The position numbers were made by a program, and so were the translations under genes. A DNA stretch of 64,000 bases from Paecilomyces variotii (lineage: Eukaryota): NCBI GenBank assembly GCA_004022145.1, contig RCNU01000004.1. One strand, given 5' to 3'. The stretch's first letter is position 1. Each line of letters starts with the position of its first letter. Positions 28,239-40,767 of the stretch are shown in pieces. The notes beneath the pieces were generated by a model. It saw only the letters and a program-made list of their open reading frames with translations, did not search any database and was not told where the DNA came from.

Positions 28239-28258
28239 AATATATATATATATATATA
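28239..28258. repeat. (AT)n microsatellite
   Basis: Direct read of sequence. Confidence 0.85.
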
Positions 28259-28293
28259 CGTGGTTTAATATATACACCAACAAGAGACGGCAG

Positions 28294-29676
28294 TTACGGC
28301 ATCTCAATAACGGTGTTTTCCGCACCGTCCTTCCATTGTGCTCCCATTCCACGTATGCGACGCTCACTCGCTAGGAAGAGAAGGAGATAGACGTGGGAAG
28401 TGACTTCGCCCCAAGTGTAGACTTTTAGAGTTAGTGGCCTGCCTATGGAGTCTTGCTTTGGGACAGAGGCTTCTTCTAATATACACCAGACACCCCAGCC
28501 GGCACGGCCTTCTTTGGCGATGAAGTCGGCCAAAAAGGACCAGAATCGAGTGAAGAAAGAAATGCTCCATTGGTTCGCTTTTGCAGGATTTGGCTCATCG
28601 AGAGTATTTTGTCCCTCTTTCTGGTTTTCTCCGGATCCTTCGTTCTGGTCTGCGATGTAGATGCGTAGAAACCAGAACCCTCTTTCTAGCTTATCTGGCT
28701 CTCTTGTCTGTCGTAGAGGCTGGTATGTGCGCGAACGTTTGAGACGTTCCGCAAGCATGCGCAGAGTCGGCGTGATATGTGTCTCGAATCGTTCTGTCGA
28801 GACAGGAGGAGGCGGTGGACGAAGCATAAGGGGAAGAACATCTAGAGACAGCAATTGGCCAGGTTCATGGGATGTTTTGTTCTGTGGAGAAGCTCCAGCC
28901 GTCACAGAATCGTTGGCTGAAGCATTGGATAACATTGAAGGCGCTCCCTTCTCTGGCTGGATCTGTTGGTTGGTGTCCTGCAACTGTCTCCCTTCTGGCA
29001 GAGAGGAAGGCACACGCATATCTGTTGTGCTGCTATCAGCTGACGACTCTGCGTTCAAACGGCGCCTTTTCCTTGTATCACTAAAATCCGATTGGAAAGA
29101 CCTCTCAACATGCACGTCAGGAAGTTGCAGATGCTCGAAAGTGGTGTCGCCTGTCTCCGTAGGTGGTGGAGCAGGTTGCGATTCTGGAATGACGCTCAGC
29201 GGCGTCTCCATAGAACCCGACACACAGGAGCGTTGAGATGGTTGGTCGTGGACGCCATCTTCCTTCGAATCAGTGGAATCGCGACTGTCTTGCAGACCCG
29301 AAGGACGGTCTGGAGGGTGACTGTATGATTCCTCATTGTCGGGTAAGCCTGACGGTAGCTCCTCACAACCAGGGGCCGGACACTTGGTTACAGATAGGCT
29401 CTTGTTTATTGAAATCGATTCCTGTGTTGAAATGACGCTTTCCAGTTCATCTCCAGAGTTGATTCCCCCTTCTTGACTGGTAGGTGAGGCTCCCGCGGAC
29501 CTGGCTGATCCGTCCTCGCCGCCAGGGCTATTGCAACTGATTTCCTGTTCAGAAAACACACATTGTCGCGATATTGGCTCGAACGCAGCGGCTGCTTCGG
29601 CGAGCGTGCGATATCTAGCGTCGTCCTTTGCCCGACTAGGCGCGGAGACGTGGACAAGTATTTCTGATCGTCTCAT
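28294..29676 (-). CDS. Conserved fungal hypothetical protein, 460 aa (ordered N- and C-terminal blocks around a disordered linker)
   Basis: Long intronless ORF; EILVHVSAPS..DDARYR start and LERGFW...FW.FL..FI..GRAGWGVWC...LKVYTWGE..HVYLLLFLASERRIRG end resemble a Pezizomycotina family of unknown function. Confidence 0.8.
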   Translation of the reverse strand: MRRSEILVHVSAPSRAKDDARYRTLAEAAAAFEPISRQCVFSEQEISCNSPGGEDGSARSAGASPTSQEGGINSGDELESVISTQESISINKSLSVTKCPAPGCEELPSGLPDNEESYSHPPDRPSGLQDSRDSTDSKEDGVHDQPSQRSCVSGSMETPLSVIPESQPAPPPTETGDTTFEHLQLPDVHVERSFQSDFSDTRKRRRLNAESSADSSTTDMRVPSSLPEGRQLQDTNQQIQPEKGAPSMLSNASANDSVTAGASPQNKTSHEPGQLLSLDVLPLMLRPPPPPVSTERFETHITPTLRMLAERLKRSRTYQPLRQTREPDKLERGFWFLRIYIADQNEGSGENQKEGQNTLDEPNPAKANQWSISFFTRFWSFLADFIAKEGRAGWGVWCILEEASVPKQDSIGRPLTLKVYTWGEVTSHVYLLLFLASERRIRGMGAQWKDGAENTVIEMP

Positions 29677-31809
29677 GAAGCGGAGAGCCCTTCTCGCCCG
29701 CCCTCATCGTGAACCGCAGCAGACAAATCTGAGGATCAAGCAGATTGGCAAAGATCTAGTTTATTCTGTGCGATATGGGCTCTCACAGTCGGGCGTCGTG
29801 ATGCTGGTGACGGTGGTGGTTCTCCCTAGCGGTACGATTGTCGTTCGAAAAAGCGAAGGCCCGTCATTTCCTCTTCGGGACGTGCCGTCGAGCCTCCCGA
29901 GGTTCGCTACCAGAAAATAATAATCTGTCTCCGTACAGTTAACTCTTCATCATTATTACGAGTCATAACCGTTGGCAGATCAGCGACGATAAGATGTGCA
30001 TTGCTGGATGGGAGTTCTCTCGATTCACTACTCGCCACCGAGTTCTCTGAGATAGGCGACATTCCTCGCCCAGCTGGTCGGGGCACAGTGTGAAATAGGA
30101 GTACAGTTCGTTCAACTTCTCGTCTCTACCACTCTTCGCGCAAGTCAATGACGATGTATTTTTTTGCTAGGCAAAGAAGAGGCTTCTTAAGTGACGCCCG
30201 CCAATCTGCTGCAAAGGTTCTCTGGGGGGCTTCTGTACATTCCATTTCTCTCTTCCCGCTCTGCCACGGGAACAGAGAGCTGTCTGAAACGACTGCGCAA
30301 GAAATAAGGGACGGCCCACCCTTACCATAATAATAATGACCCGGACGGTGACGAACTGCTCAGATGAGGAACGAACCTAGATCGAATTAAGATAGTCCTC
30401 CCTAGGACGGCCATTTTCTCTCGGTTCAGCTGGGTCCTGAACACTACTACTGTTTCGATCGCCTCCCAGCGGTCATGATATGAGATCCGCACGGGCGTCG
30501 ATTATTGGGATACTCGATCTCCTACTGGAACTACCTCCTGGGCTGAGAGCTAAGTGGGTTGCGCCGCGCGCGATGTCTGCGGGGATCGTGACCCATCTAA
30601 TCCACAACTTTCGTCTCTTGAGACGGCCGATTGCCGACTCGTCGGAAGCCTCCCTGGTGTCGAGGCGGGTAGACGAGCTCTGGCGAATCGTAAAGTTCCC
30701 CAGCAGAGGCGGAATCGTATCCCAGATCGAGAGGCAACTGGTTGGACCGGTCTGCATGAAGAAGATCGAGCCGTCTGGATTAAAGGGCAGTGAGCCCTGG
30801 GAATGAAGATTCGATCGTGCGTTAAACTGGGCTCGGTGGCTGCAGTGGAGAATGAGCTCTTCGGTTTATCGGACGATCAACAGCATTATTGGCCCCGGCC
30901 GCGGGTCGCCGCTATGATCTCGAGGGTCTAGATGACCGCAGGCTACGGGCGAAAGGGCGCCGTTGGATGCGTGTAACGAGACGAGAAAAGTTAGTAGTCT
31001 CGCGGATGATCAGATGAGGACCCTCCCACTCAATTCGAGAAGCGATCGTATCCTTAAGTGATTCCTTGGGTCGTTCGTGTCTCCGGAGCCGATCGTCCAG
31101 CGTCTTGGCTGGCGTTGCACAGACGACTCTCAGCCCGCGAGGACAGCCCTGTCTGGGCGGGTTATCCGTAGAACATATCCGGAGCAAGAGACGAACCATC
31201 TCTCAACCAGAGAGCGCGGCACAGAAAGAAACGACTCTGGGTTGCAAGAGGTTGGAGCCAAAAAGTCTTCTGCACCCCCTGGCGGCCTGGAATCAAAGTT
31301 AATAGACCACCGTCGTCCAGACTAGGTCCGCAACTAATTTATCCACTCGCTCATCTTTCTACCACCAGTTTGAGCTTGATGTAAGGCGCTTAGCTAGACC
31401 TCCTCTCAAACCCATCGGAGCGTCTGTTGGAGTCACTAGCTTTCGGCTTTATTATCTACCCTGGCCGAACTACCGTGCCGCGCGGAAATCTTGAGATAAC
31501 ACAGACTTGAGGCCCATTGCTTCTATCCCATTTCCCAATTCTCGTGAACAGCAGCACGTTTCAACGTTCAGGACGCTCGGGAGCGGCAGGGTCCACTTAT
31601 GGTGAGCTTGTTCGCTCGTTGTCTCTTTTTGAAGACTCCTTTCTTGACGCTGGTTGACAGACAGTTTAGGTAGCAGCAGCGACCTTCTGAATAATCCTAG
31701 CCGTTGAGCCTCACATACCCCGGGACTTCCGTCGCCAGTGTGGTAGCCCCGCGATCATCATCACATCGAGATAGTTGTCGGACGAGACGAGGGAAATTGC
31801 GAGTGCACG

Positions 31810-33653
31810 ATGAGTTCCGCAGGTGGTTCATTGTCCCCCGACCATGGCCTGGGTCAGAATATGCAGTATGATGGAGGATATGGTAAGTTTATTTTGCGAG
31901 ATACCTCCCTGTACAGCCTTGGCCGGTTTCCGCCCGGGTACATTTGCACCACAGTCAAGGCCATCCTTGTTATACGAAACAGCCGCTGCCTCGGTGGTGT
32001 CTCGTGGTCTGGTGGTCGACGTGAAAACAGCTGCGCCTTCACGCCAGACGTGACTACCCGTCTAATTTGGCAAACTGGGACGGCCTTGTTCTGTGCTCTG
32101 CGTTTAACTTCTCTCATCATTCTGTTGTTTTTTCTGTATTGATTATGAAAGCTTACACTCCTTGCACCGTATCTCTCTCGTCCATGGCCGGTCGGGCGGA
32201 TCCATTGACTATCATCACATCTGTTTTGCGGGCTCGGAGAAGCGCATGGCAGGATGGTCAGTGAGCCGTCTCGCTCGGTTCATGGGAGAGGGCTGGTGCA
32301 CGGTACTGTAACAGGCCCGCCACAACAACCTATCCACAAGGCTCCATCCCTTATGAATATAAGCTTTTTGAAAGCATTCGGTAGCGCCCAGAAGAAGCCC
32401 ATGAAAGGTCTGTCTTCCCTGATCCATATGTCGCGGATGGATCTCAGAACTGACCAGTCGGTTAGATGGCCAAGCTCCAAAGCGTCGAGGCCCAAAGCCC
32501 GACAGCAAGCCCGCCCAGACGAGGAGACAGGAGTTGAACAGACAGGCTCAGAGGTGCGTGATCCCTACTACGCAGTACGAAGAGGGTCTGACGAGCGATT
32601 CAGAGCACACCGTGAACGTAAAGAACAGTATATTAGAGCGCTTGAGACCGAGGTCTCGAGGTTGAGGGAGGCCTACACTGCTGACGTCGCTTCGGCACAC
32701 GCATCACTACAGCAGCACGGAGAAGCTCTGCACGGGTTGAGGGAGGAGAACGCTATCCTGAAGGATATTTTAGCTTCGCACAACATCAATTACGAAGCAG
32801 AACTTCAACGTCGCAAGGGAGAGAGACCGCCAGGATCCTTCGCAGGAAGCAGCACAGGTTCCCAATCTGCCGGCCTCCAGAGTTCCGGTGCACCACCTAT
32901 GTTCACAACTCCTCCAACTACTATTTCCTCTCCGGGAGGCAGTGGTGGTGACCATTTTGAGCTACCGCCGAACAACGGTCCCTCGTACCAACATAGCGGT
33001 TTCCAAGTAAGCCACGGTGGTGAGCAACCTGGTCACCTTGACTTTTCGTCCAAAGCGGCCAATGGGCCGGTATTATCCGAGGTTCCTGGGATATTCGAGA
33101 AAGACCCTCAGCTTGGGGTGGACTTTGTCCTGACGTACGTGGAATCCCAATTGAACGTGAAGAACTCCCCTGCTAACAATGAGTCCCCAGTCTCGAGGCA
33201 CCGTGTCGTGTGCACACCGAATACCTTTGTCGGAGGTCTGCATCGGTTCCGGACGAAGATGATATGCCATTCTCGGGCCACGCATTGATGGCCTCTTGTC
33301 CGCCACCAACCCATATCCATGGCACTACGGAGGAGCATCCGTACCCTCATCAGACTTATGATTTACCGGCCGCAAACTTAGCTACACTGCTGAACCTGAG
33401 TCGCCAACTCGTCACTGACGGCCAGATTACACCAATCATGGCACTCCAGAGTCTGAAGAACCACGAACTGTACCCCAGTCTCACTCGGGAGGACGTGAAA
33501 GCTGTCATGGATACGTTGCTTGCTAAGATTCGGTGTTACGGTTTCGGCGCTGTTGTGGAGGATTTCGAGCTCATGGACTGCCTCAGCAGCGTGCTGGGCA
33601 CGAAAATAGAGTCGGGCTTCTCTAGGTCCGCTGATGACATGATGTACTCCTAG
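31810..33653 (+). CDS. flbB: bZIP conidiation regulator FlbB; multi-exon (5' exon structure partly uncertain)
   Basis: Spliced bZIP KRRGPKPDSKPAQTRRQELNRQAQRAHRERKEQYIRALETE; C-terminal MPFSGHALMASCPPP..LLNLSRQLVTDGQITPIMALQ..KIRCYGFGAVVEDFELMDC..DDMMYS characteristic of Aspergillus FlbB. Confidence 0.92.
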
Positions 33654-34351
33654 GCGAAATCGGGGGTTAGTCACGAACCGCATCACCGGTGTCGCGCACT
33701 TGGGGAAATAGGTCACAGGCTGGGATAAAGATGCTGTCTTGGGTTAGGTGCTTATTCGGTTTACAATATATAATACAGCGGCGAGGCGGGTAACCTCACC
33801 ATTCAGGGTGTTTTCAACTGCGGACTCTGCTGTCGATCATGATGTCCGTTGTGATGGGAATGGGGCTTTGGTGGGAGAAGCCACGGCGTCGTTTAAAAAC
33901 ATCAGTTTTTGGGTCTGCATAATTATTTGGAACTATTATTACTTGTGTCAATACCTGTTAATTCTTGGATATTTCGGCCTTTATGATTTATGATATTTCC
34001 TGTCCTTATTAATAATTCTTACGAAGGTTTTGGTCAGTATATATTTTGACGATTGACTCGGTAATGGTGTATAGCCTCACTGATAGCCGCTGCTGATACC
34101 CTGGAGACCCGGTGTCAGCTCGAAATCGTTGCTAGACTACCCTAATATGGAGCGCTCTTGGTGGTCTCGGACAAAGTATCATCATCCACTCTTGGTGTTT
34201 AAGATGTGTCATTGCTTTCCAATCTTAGATTGCTAGTATATTGCTAACTGCGGCTACCAAGACACCCCGTTGGACACCGTTTCCAGACGCGGGACAAATC
34301 AGGGGTTGGTGACACAGCTCTAATCTATTATTATATACAGTTCTCCCGACA

Positions 34352-35004
34352 TCAAACTGACCGACCCCTTACTAGAGCGTAATCCATAGACGTTACACGA
34401 GCCGCAACGGCTTCAACCGATGCCCCCTCTCGGACCTGGGTGATTACATCCTCCACTAGATCCGGCGGTGCTGATGCGAGCAGGGCGTACATGTTTTCTA
34501 ACGCTGCATATTTGGTGGCCGACCTCGGAACTGATGAGCCCCTGACTGTATTCTGAACGACCGCGGGGGACGATGCACAGTCGGACTCAGATACTGTGAC
34601 TGAAAGGTCTGATTGCGTCTCCCGCTCCAGGATCGCCAGTCTGTTTCTTAAACGATTTACCTCGTTCCGCAGGTTTTCAATGATTTCCGCCTGGGAGATG
34701 TAGAAACGATCTTCGCTATTCGTATTGTATTGGCAGGCGTCTGGCGTATCTTTGCTACAGCATGCCCGGCAGGGTTTCGTTCGATCACACTGTCCTCGTT
34801 ATTAGTACAAGGCGGGTATATTATTGAATCATTTTATCAAATCATTACGAGCCAATAATGGCTTCTGCTCACCTTTACTTTCCTTCTCCGACATGGGATG
34901 CACGAGGGCGATGGACGATTCTTGACTTGTTGAGATCCTTCAGGGCTACCTCGGGGACCATCACTGCCAGTGGAATTCGCTGCACGTCTCTCCCGAGGAG
35001 CCAT
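34352..35004 (-). CDS. Short Zn(II)2Cys6 protein (~190 aa); exons 35004-34873 and 34789-34352; 3' end could be further spliced
   Basis: SCIPCRRRKVK|CDRTKPCRACCSKDTPDACQY across a canonical intron, then coiled coil IENLRNEVNRLRNRLAILE. Confidence 0.8.
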
Positions 35005-36568
35005 TATTCTCACCAGATAGCCGGAAGAACAGCGGGCAGGTCGCAAGGAGCGCAGATCAAAGGATCAGAATCCATCTAATGGGCCGGATTTAGACAATAG
35101 CCGGCTATCTCGATGAGCGCTGTTATGACCGAGCCATTGTATATTGAGACGGTTGAAGAAGGTCTTTTGTCTCGTCGTTCAAGGGAGTAGATGAACGAAC
35201 TACAGTCGATCGATTGAGGAATGCTCTGTGTAAAGGGGATGATATCTTTGATATAACTAACCCATATAGCTTGACCTTGCTCTCTACCCTGATGGATCCC
35301 CGCTGCGGGATTTAGTTCGAGTCAGTAAGTCTCCGTCTAGTCGATCGGAGTGTACCATAGAATCCATTAACTCTATCTCTCCAGGACCGGAGCGCCACTC
35401 TCAATGGAAATCTTGTTGCGCCTCTCTTCAGTAAGTAGTGATCACGGACCTCCAGCCTTAAGTACTCACAGACCAGTTAAAAAGTAGCGCAGCCCTGCAG
35501 GAATAATTAGTCTGGAGACGCATGGAATATTATTCCGTCCTCATGGGTAATAATAATAATATCTCGGCCACGGCTGCAAGATGAAGTTTCATTTTAGCGC
35601 TCGAAGGAAACTTTTGGTCTGTCATAAACGCCAAAAGACCGTCTCTTTCTCGTCCCGGACCGGCCGACCGCCCTAAGTTAGTTATCTAGGGTGGAGAAAT
35701 GGGATGTTGAAACGAGGTAGATAGTTTCGCACGCGTAAAACGAAGCGAGCCGGAAGGAGGTCCGTGTTGCGAGCTTGTTAGGTAGGTAGTTAATACTACT
35801 ATATTTTAGGAGTTCCTACGCGAAGTTGAGGAGGTTTCCTGGTTTTATTTTTTTTTCAGTAGTGGCTTGTTGCATTCGCTGGATTGTTGTACCGGTACGA
35901 CCCAGCTGAATGGGCTTGGAAGTAAGTAAGTAGATTTTCAATGTGTCCCTGCGTAACAATCTCTTGTGTACTACTTAAGTACTGTGCTCGGTGAGACTCC
36001 AGAAATAATACCTAGGAGATGTTTGTACAGTATATAAACAATACAGGCCAGCGGTAGTAGCATAGCAAAGATTTCTCTGGCAGATTGCGATTGATGATTC
36101 ATGCTTATTCATTATTTGATGAGGAGATGGGCATTTGGCTGGTTACAATGACGTTAGGCTCGGTTTATCTTATCGGCCACTGTAACTACATAGTTATCTT
36201 GCTTTTCAGTAGAAATCTCCACTACTTAACTGACCACGACGATGAGTAGATGAGTAGATGGACCTCGGGGAGGCAGAGGAGCGCTTGAAAGTCCCCGAGA
36301 GACCAGGACGGCATGTATATCTGGGAATCTGGAGAATATACCATACGCATGGAGAATTCTTGTTTCGCCCTTTCTTAACATCCATCTTGATCTTATTGCA
36401 TGACTTTTCTGTTCATCCCCGTCGAGTTACATAATCCTGACATCAAGGTGCTGCGCTCGATGATACAAGATGTCGCGATGTCTCTTTCTTTCTTTTTTCT
36501 CTCTCTTTCTTTGAAATGGAAGATCAGATTAGCATCAGTCCCAAGCCATTGCTACCAATTCTTCCATA

Positions 36569-37664
36569 ATGGCAGCCCCGGGTAATCCTCTTACCCGGCA
36601 GGAAGTCGTTCATCCGCTGCGGAGTTCCTCCAACTCCCCACTATCACTGCATGATGTCGGCCTTTTCAAATCGACGATACTGCCATCATTTACCCTTCAT
36701 TCAGGTCTCTCCGCAACCAGCTATGTTATAGCGCGAGCGACCGATCGCCTTGAGATCAAGGACTGGCTGTGGCCGTTGGCCCCCGTCATCAATGCCTGGT
36801 GGAGCAGTGTCGGTCGCGCTCTCTACTACAGCGATGTCTCTCTCAAGGTTGCTTGGGAATCGCTCTCCTGGTCTGAGAAGTTGCTCCTTGGAGGTGTCAC
36901 CACCTGGGGGCTGAGACTGTTCTACCGCATCGCATCGCGGAGCATCGCCCGCGGCAAAGATGACCCTCGCTATGAACAGGACAAGAAACAGCCCGGTTTC
37001 TGGAACAAGGCCTTCTTCACCCAATTCCTGCCGGAAATACTCTTCCAGACCGCCATAACCCTCCCATTCACTGTTCCGTTCCGCGTTCTGGACCGCCCCG
37101 TTTCTCTGGATGCGGACGTTCTGAATGTACTGCGTGGAATCGCCGTTGGTCTCTTCAGTGCGGGCTTGGCTCTGGAGACATTGGCCGACTCGCAGGTCTC
37201 TTCCTACCGGAAGGTGCATGATGGCCTGTGCCGTGATGGTGTTTGGAGCATCGTGAGACATCCCAAGTAAGTAGTAGTACTTGAATTCCATAAAGAAACT
37301 GTGTCCCGCCATGGAGTACTGAGACAGCCATCACAGCTACCTTGGTGATACTCTCGTTCACCTTTCTTTCCCACTGCTTTGCGCCAGTGGGCCATTCCAC
37401 CCCATCACTGTCGTGGGACCGCTGGCAAACTACGTCTTCCTCCGTTACATGGGCGGCGACAAGGGCACCGAAGAATACCAGGAAAAGCGCTACAAGACCG
37501 AGGACGCACCCAAGTACGTCGAGCTTCAGGAGTACCGCCGCGAGAAGAACAGCTTCTGGCCTTCGTTCTCCGAGCTGAAGAATCCATGGACCTGGAAGAT
37601 CGTGGGCTTCGGTCTTGCTGGTGTCGCTGCCGAGGAGATTGCCCGCGCATTGTACACCCCATAA
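36569..37664 (+). CDS. DUF1295 / steroid 5-alpha-reductase-like membrane protein, 2 exons
   Basis: WGLRL, GKDDPRY, LETLADSQ, GLCRDGVWSIVRHP|NYLGD across a GTAAGT..CAG intron. Confidence 0.88.
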
Positions 37665-37925
37665 ATCAAGGTACATACATACTTCATGCTATTTGAAATA
37701 AGGGATATATGTTATTTTCGTGTATTGTATGTATATACAGTACAACCTCATCAGGGATCTGTGTTGACGAATCTTTAACTGAATTGAGTCGTATATAAAT
37801 TGCTATAAAGAGTCGATAGTCAATAATAATGAAGGGCCAGTACCACACTCTCAGAAATAGCCTCTGTCATTCCAGGACCGTTTTGCCGTGTTTATACCGT
37901 TTCATGAATATAAAAAAATATAAAT

Positions 37926-37971
37926 ACATACGACAGCAGGGATTCGCTGGTGGTCACCCACCCGACTACTA
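37926..37971 (-). pseudogene. 3' half (~46 nt) of a dispersed 5S rRNA gene, 5'-truncated or interrupted
   Basis: Minus strand TAGTAGTCGGGTGGGTGACCACCAGCGAATCCCTGCTGTCGTATGT matches the fungal 5S 3' end and is followed by a T-rich terminator; no 5S 5' half adjacent or found elsewhere in the window. Confidence 0.88.
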
Positions 37972-38807
37972 CTTAACCTGACGCGCCCTCCCTCGCCTAA
38001 TCTCAACATTTTCATCAAGGCATGCTTTGCTGAAATACAGTCTCGGAAATAGTAATGGCTAGACATTTGGCACACGACCGCAATTATATTGAGTGTAATT
38101 ATTGATTATTTATCACTGTAGTCATATCGATTCTTGCAAACTAACGGACAATCTCTTTCTGAAACCGGATTGGAACTAATACAGAGTATAGGATCTCTCT
38201 ATGTACAACAGTGCTTATAGAACACTGCCAGTTCTGAGCTCACGCATTGCTACTCGGCTTGAAACTGTCCCTTGGCTCTGAAAACCTCAGGCTTCGCATC
38301 CTGTTATACTGCCCAGTACGCATAGTAATCGGTGGGGCAAGCACGGCGAGATTCACTCGCATAGTATGAGCACCTGGATTGATCTATCATATATCACCCT
38401 TCTAGACCTCACATGGCACCTGCCCGCGCGGTTGAGCTAGAGGGGAGTCTTCATCTCAATTATGTTGTATAAGAGATCTATTAGGGTTACTTCTTCCACG
38501 CTAATGCAAGACGTATAGTCCTCAAGACAGCATCTGTTCATATGACTAGTTAACGTAATCAACCATAACCCAACCACCGAGCGGGCATATCCTACCTTTC
38601 TTCTCTTACTCACCATTGTATTTCTCCCATCACGACTCACGAAATTCATTTAAACCAACTTCGTAATCTTCAACGCTCATGTAAGACAGTTTCTCATTCT
38701 TACATCTCTCTACTAAAGTGAGTAATACTATTACAAGTCCACATTCAGCTTCCTGCGCTGGCTAATTCTGAAGGCTCAAACGCCTCCCCTAACCGACAAC
38801 GGGCGGT

Positions 38808-40302
38808 ATGAGTGACAAGTCGTGGACTGAGGAGTTCTTCTTTCAATGGCCCCGTCCAGATTGGATAAATGCAGTACATGAGGATTGTCAGAATTTCAGA
38901 CCTTTTCTTCCGCAGGGAAAATGGATGTTGGGAAGGTCAGTGGGTACCAATCTGCGCTCCAGCGAGGATCAGAATCAAGTCCTATGGCTTTTCGTCCAGC
39001 TTCAGCACCAAGAGACATATATACCCAAATATGTCGCCAAAGTAGTAAGTATATAGGAAACAGATCCTTTTCAGGAGATAGCTGATTTCAGATAAAGTTT
39101 TCTGAATACACTGAAAAGGATGCACAACTTCAGCTTCGACGCTATCCACCCCGTATACCTAAGAAGGCTAAGGAGGTAAAAGATGAACTTGACCCGTATA
39201 CGAATGAAGCTCGAGCATACCACTGCATTGAGATGTCGTGCGCAAGCTCAGAAAGGATATATTATCCAGAGTTTCACGGTGTTATCACTGATCTTGGAAT
39301 ATCAAGGTTCACTTATGGCTTTATCAATCCTCGGGCCATTGTTCTCGAATCCATCAGGCCAAAGCTTGCATCACGACGAATTCTAGCGGCCCACAGAGAA
39401 GATAACTGTGAAATTCGGGATCAGCTCAATCATTTAGGACTCCTCAGTGACTTCGAATTGGAATACTATCATAGTCTATTCCATGACCGGATCCGCCGTC
39501 TTTTAGTGTTACACAAACTCGGAATCACACATGGTGATGTACGAGATGATCATTTCAGACTACCAGGGGATTTCTATGATACAGTCTTATATGACTTTTC
39601 TCATTCATATACCTTCTCTTCAGTCATGCCTTACTTGGTCAATTTTCGTCCACCATGTTCTTTAAAGACGATTTCAGACCACGAACAGACCATGGTTAAG
39701 CAACAGATCTATGAACGGTAGGCAACACAAGACAATATCATTGGCAGGAAGCTAAATTTTAACCAGGGCCAAAAACTTAGACTTCCGTAATCACCTTGAA
39801 AAGTCTAGCGGGCTTACTCAAGCAATGCTCCTGGATGCGCTCTTCCAACCACTCAAGGATGAACCATTAGAATTGATAATTCTGCGAGTAAATTTTCGTC
39901 CTGACGGTTAGTTTACCCCTGTTTCATTATTTAGAATATATCTAATACCTCATAGCCTTCTCTATGCCATCGGTGAATTCGGTTTTCCCATTCCTTGAAG
40001 ATATCAGGCCAAAGGATGATAACACCTGGCATATCCGTAGAGGTCGGCTGTTGGAATCCTATGAATCAATTTGGATAAGCTCTACAACAAATGATTCAGG
40101 CCATACTTCTATGAGCATCGTGTCTGACCTTGACTATACCGAAAATGTCACGGGCGCAAAACGCAGATACCTCCTCTGCTTAGTACCGAAGGAGTGGGGA
40201 GTTGAAGATGTCCGCAGTCCACTTATAAGTATCTGTTCGTCCTTGCCGCGCGGTGCTCGTGGCTGCATTAAGACCTGTATCGATTTAGAACACTATAACT
40301 AA
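38808..40302 (+). CDS. Fungal kinase-fold protein (FTA2/PF13095-like); 4 exons, apparently intact
   Basis: YVAKV|F, DPYTNEARAY, PEFHG, RAIVLE, LHKLGITHGDVRDDHF, VLYDFS; introns at 39045-39097, ~39718-39766, ~39907-39955. Confidence 0.72.
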
Positions 40303-40740
40303 TTACATACCATGGTGTCCTTGACACAGAAGCCCGATACACTGTATCAGAGTAGCTTTCTCATTCCATTGCTTGAAACGGCATTCAGGCTGCGTGCTCT
40401 GGTTCCCCAAGCAAAAGGGACAGAATCCAGGTGAGACTAATGTATAACGGAATGTTAATAAATCCACAACGCGGCTGAAGATTTCCAAGATGAGAACAAC
40501 AGTGCTCCTGCCAGTCAGTCTCTCTATGGAACCACTTTACACACAAGTGACACCATTCCAAAAATGCTCGGTTAGTACGGTGATGGGCTCTTCTCCCATT
40601 TCTATTAATTTGCTGGTATGGTGCAGCGTTGAGAGATCTTCTTGTGCATTGCAGGATATGCCTCGAACGACTTTGGATATCAAGTCTGCAAATGTCAGTA
40701 AAAGAATCTGCTAGTAAGATGCTTTTTAACATACCTCATG
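40303..40740 (-). pseudogene. Frameshifted C-terminal Cys/His region of a DUF3435 (Starship captain tyrosine recombinase)-like gene
   Basis: RSRHILQC.RR...WCHLCVKWF...W.EHCCSHL..LQPRCG/LLTFRYTLVSPGFCPFCLG...PECRFKQW; 1-nt frameshift near 40460; residual intron GTATGT..ACTGAC..CAG at ~40733-40686; no N-terminal recombinase domain. Confidence 0.68.
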
Positions 40741-40767
40741 GAAAAGAGACTCACAGAGTATGTCGTA

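Noticed and set aside
30473-31325. 80-108 aa ORFs between the hypothetical gene and flbB
   Set aside because: Overlap on both strands with no motifs; most likely flbB promoter DNA
38481-38489. TTAGGGTTA as telomerase RNA template or telomere seed
   Set aside because: A single 9-mer is expected by chance in 64 kb; no tandem repeats or supporting structure
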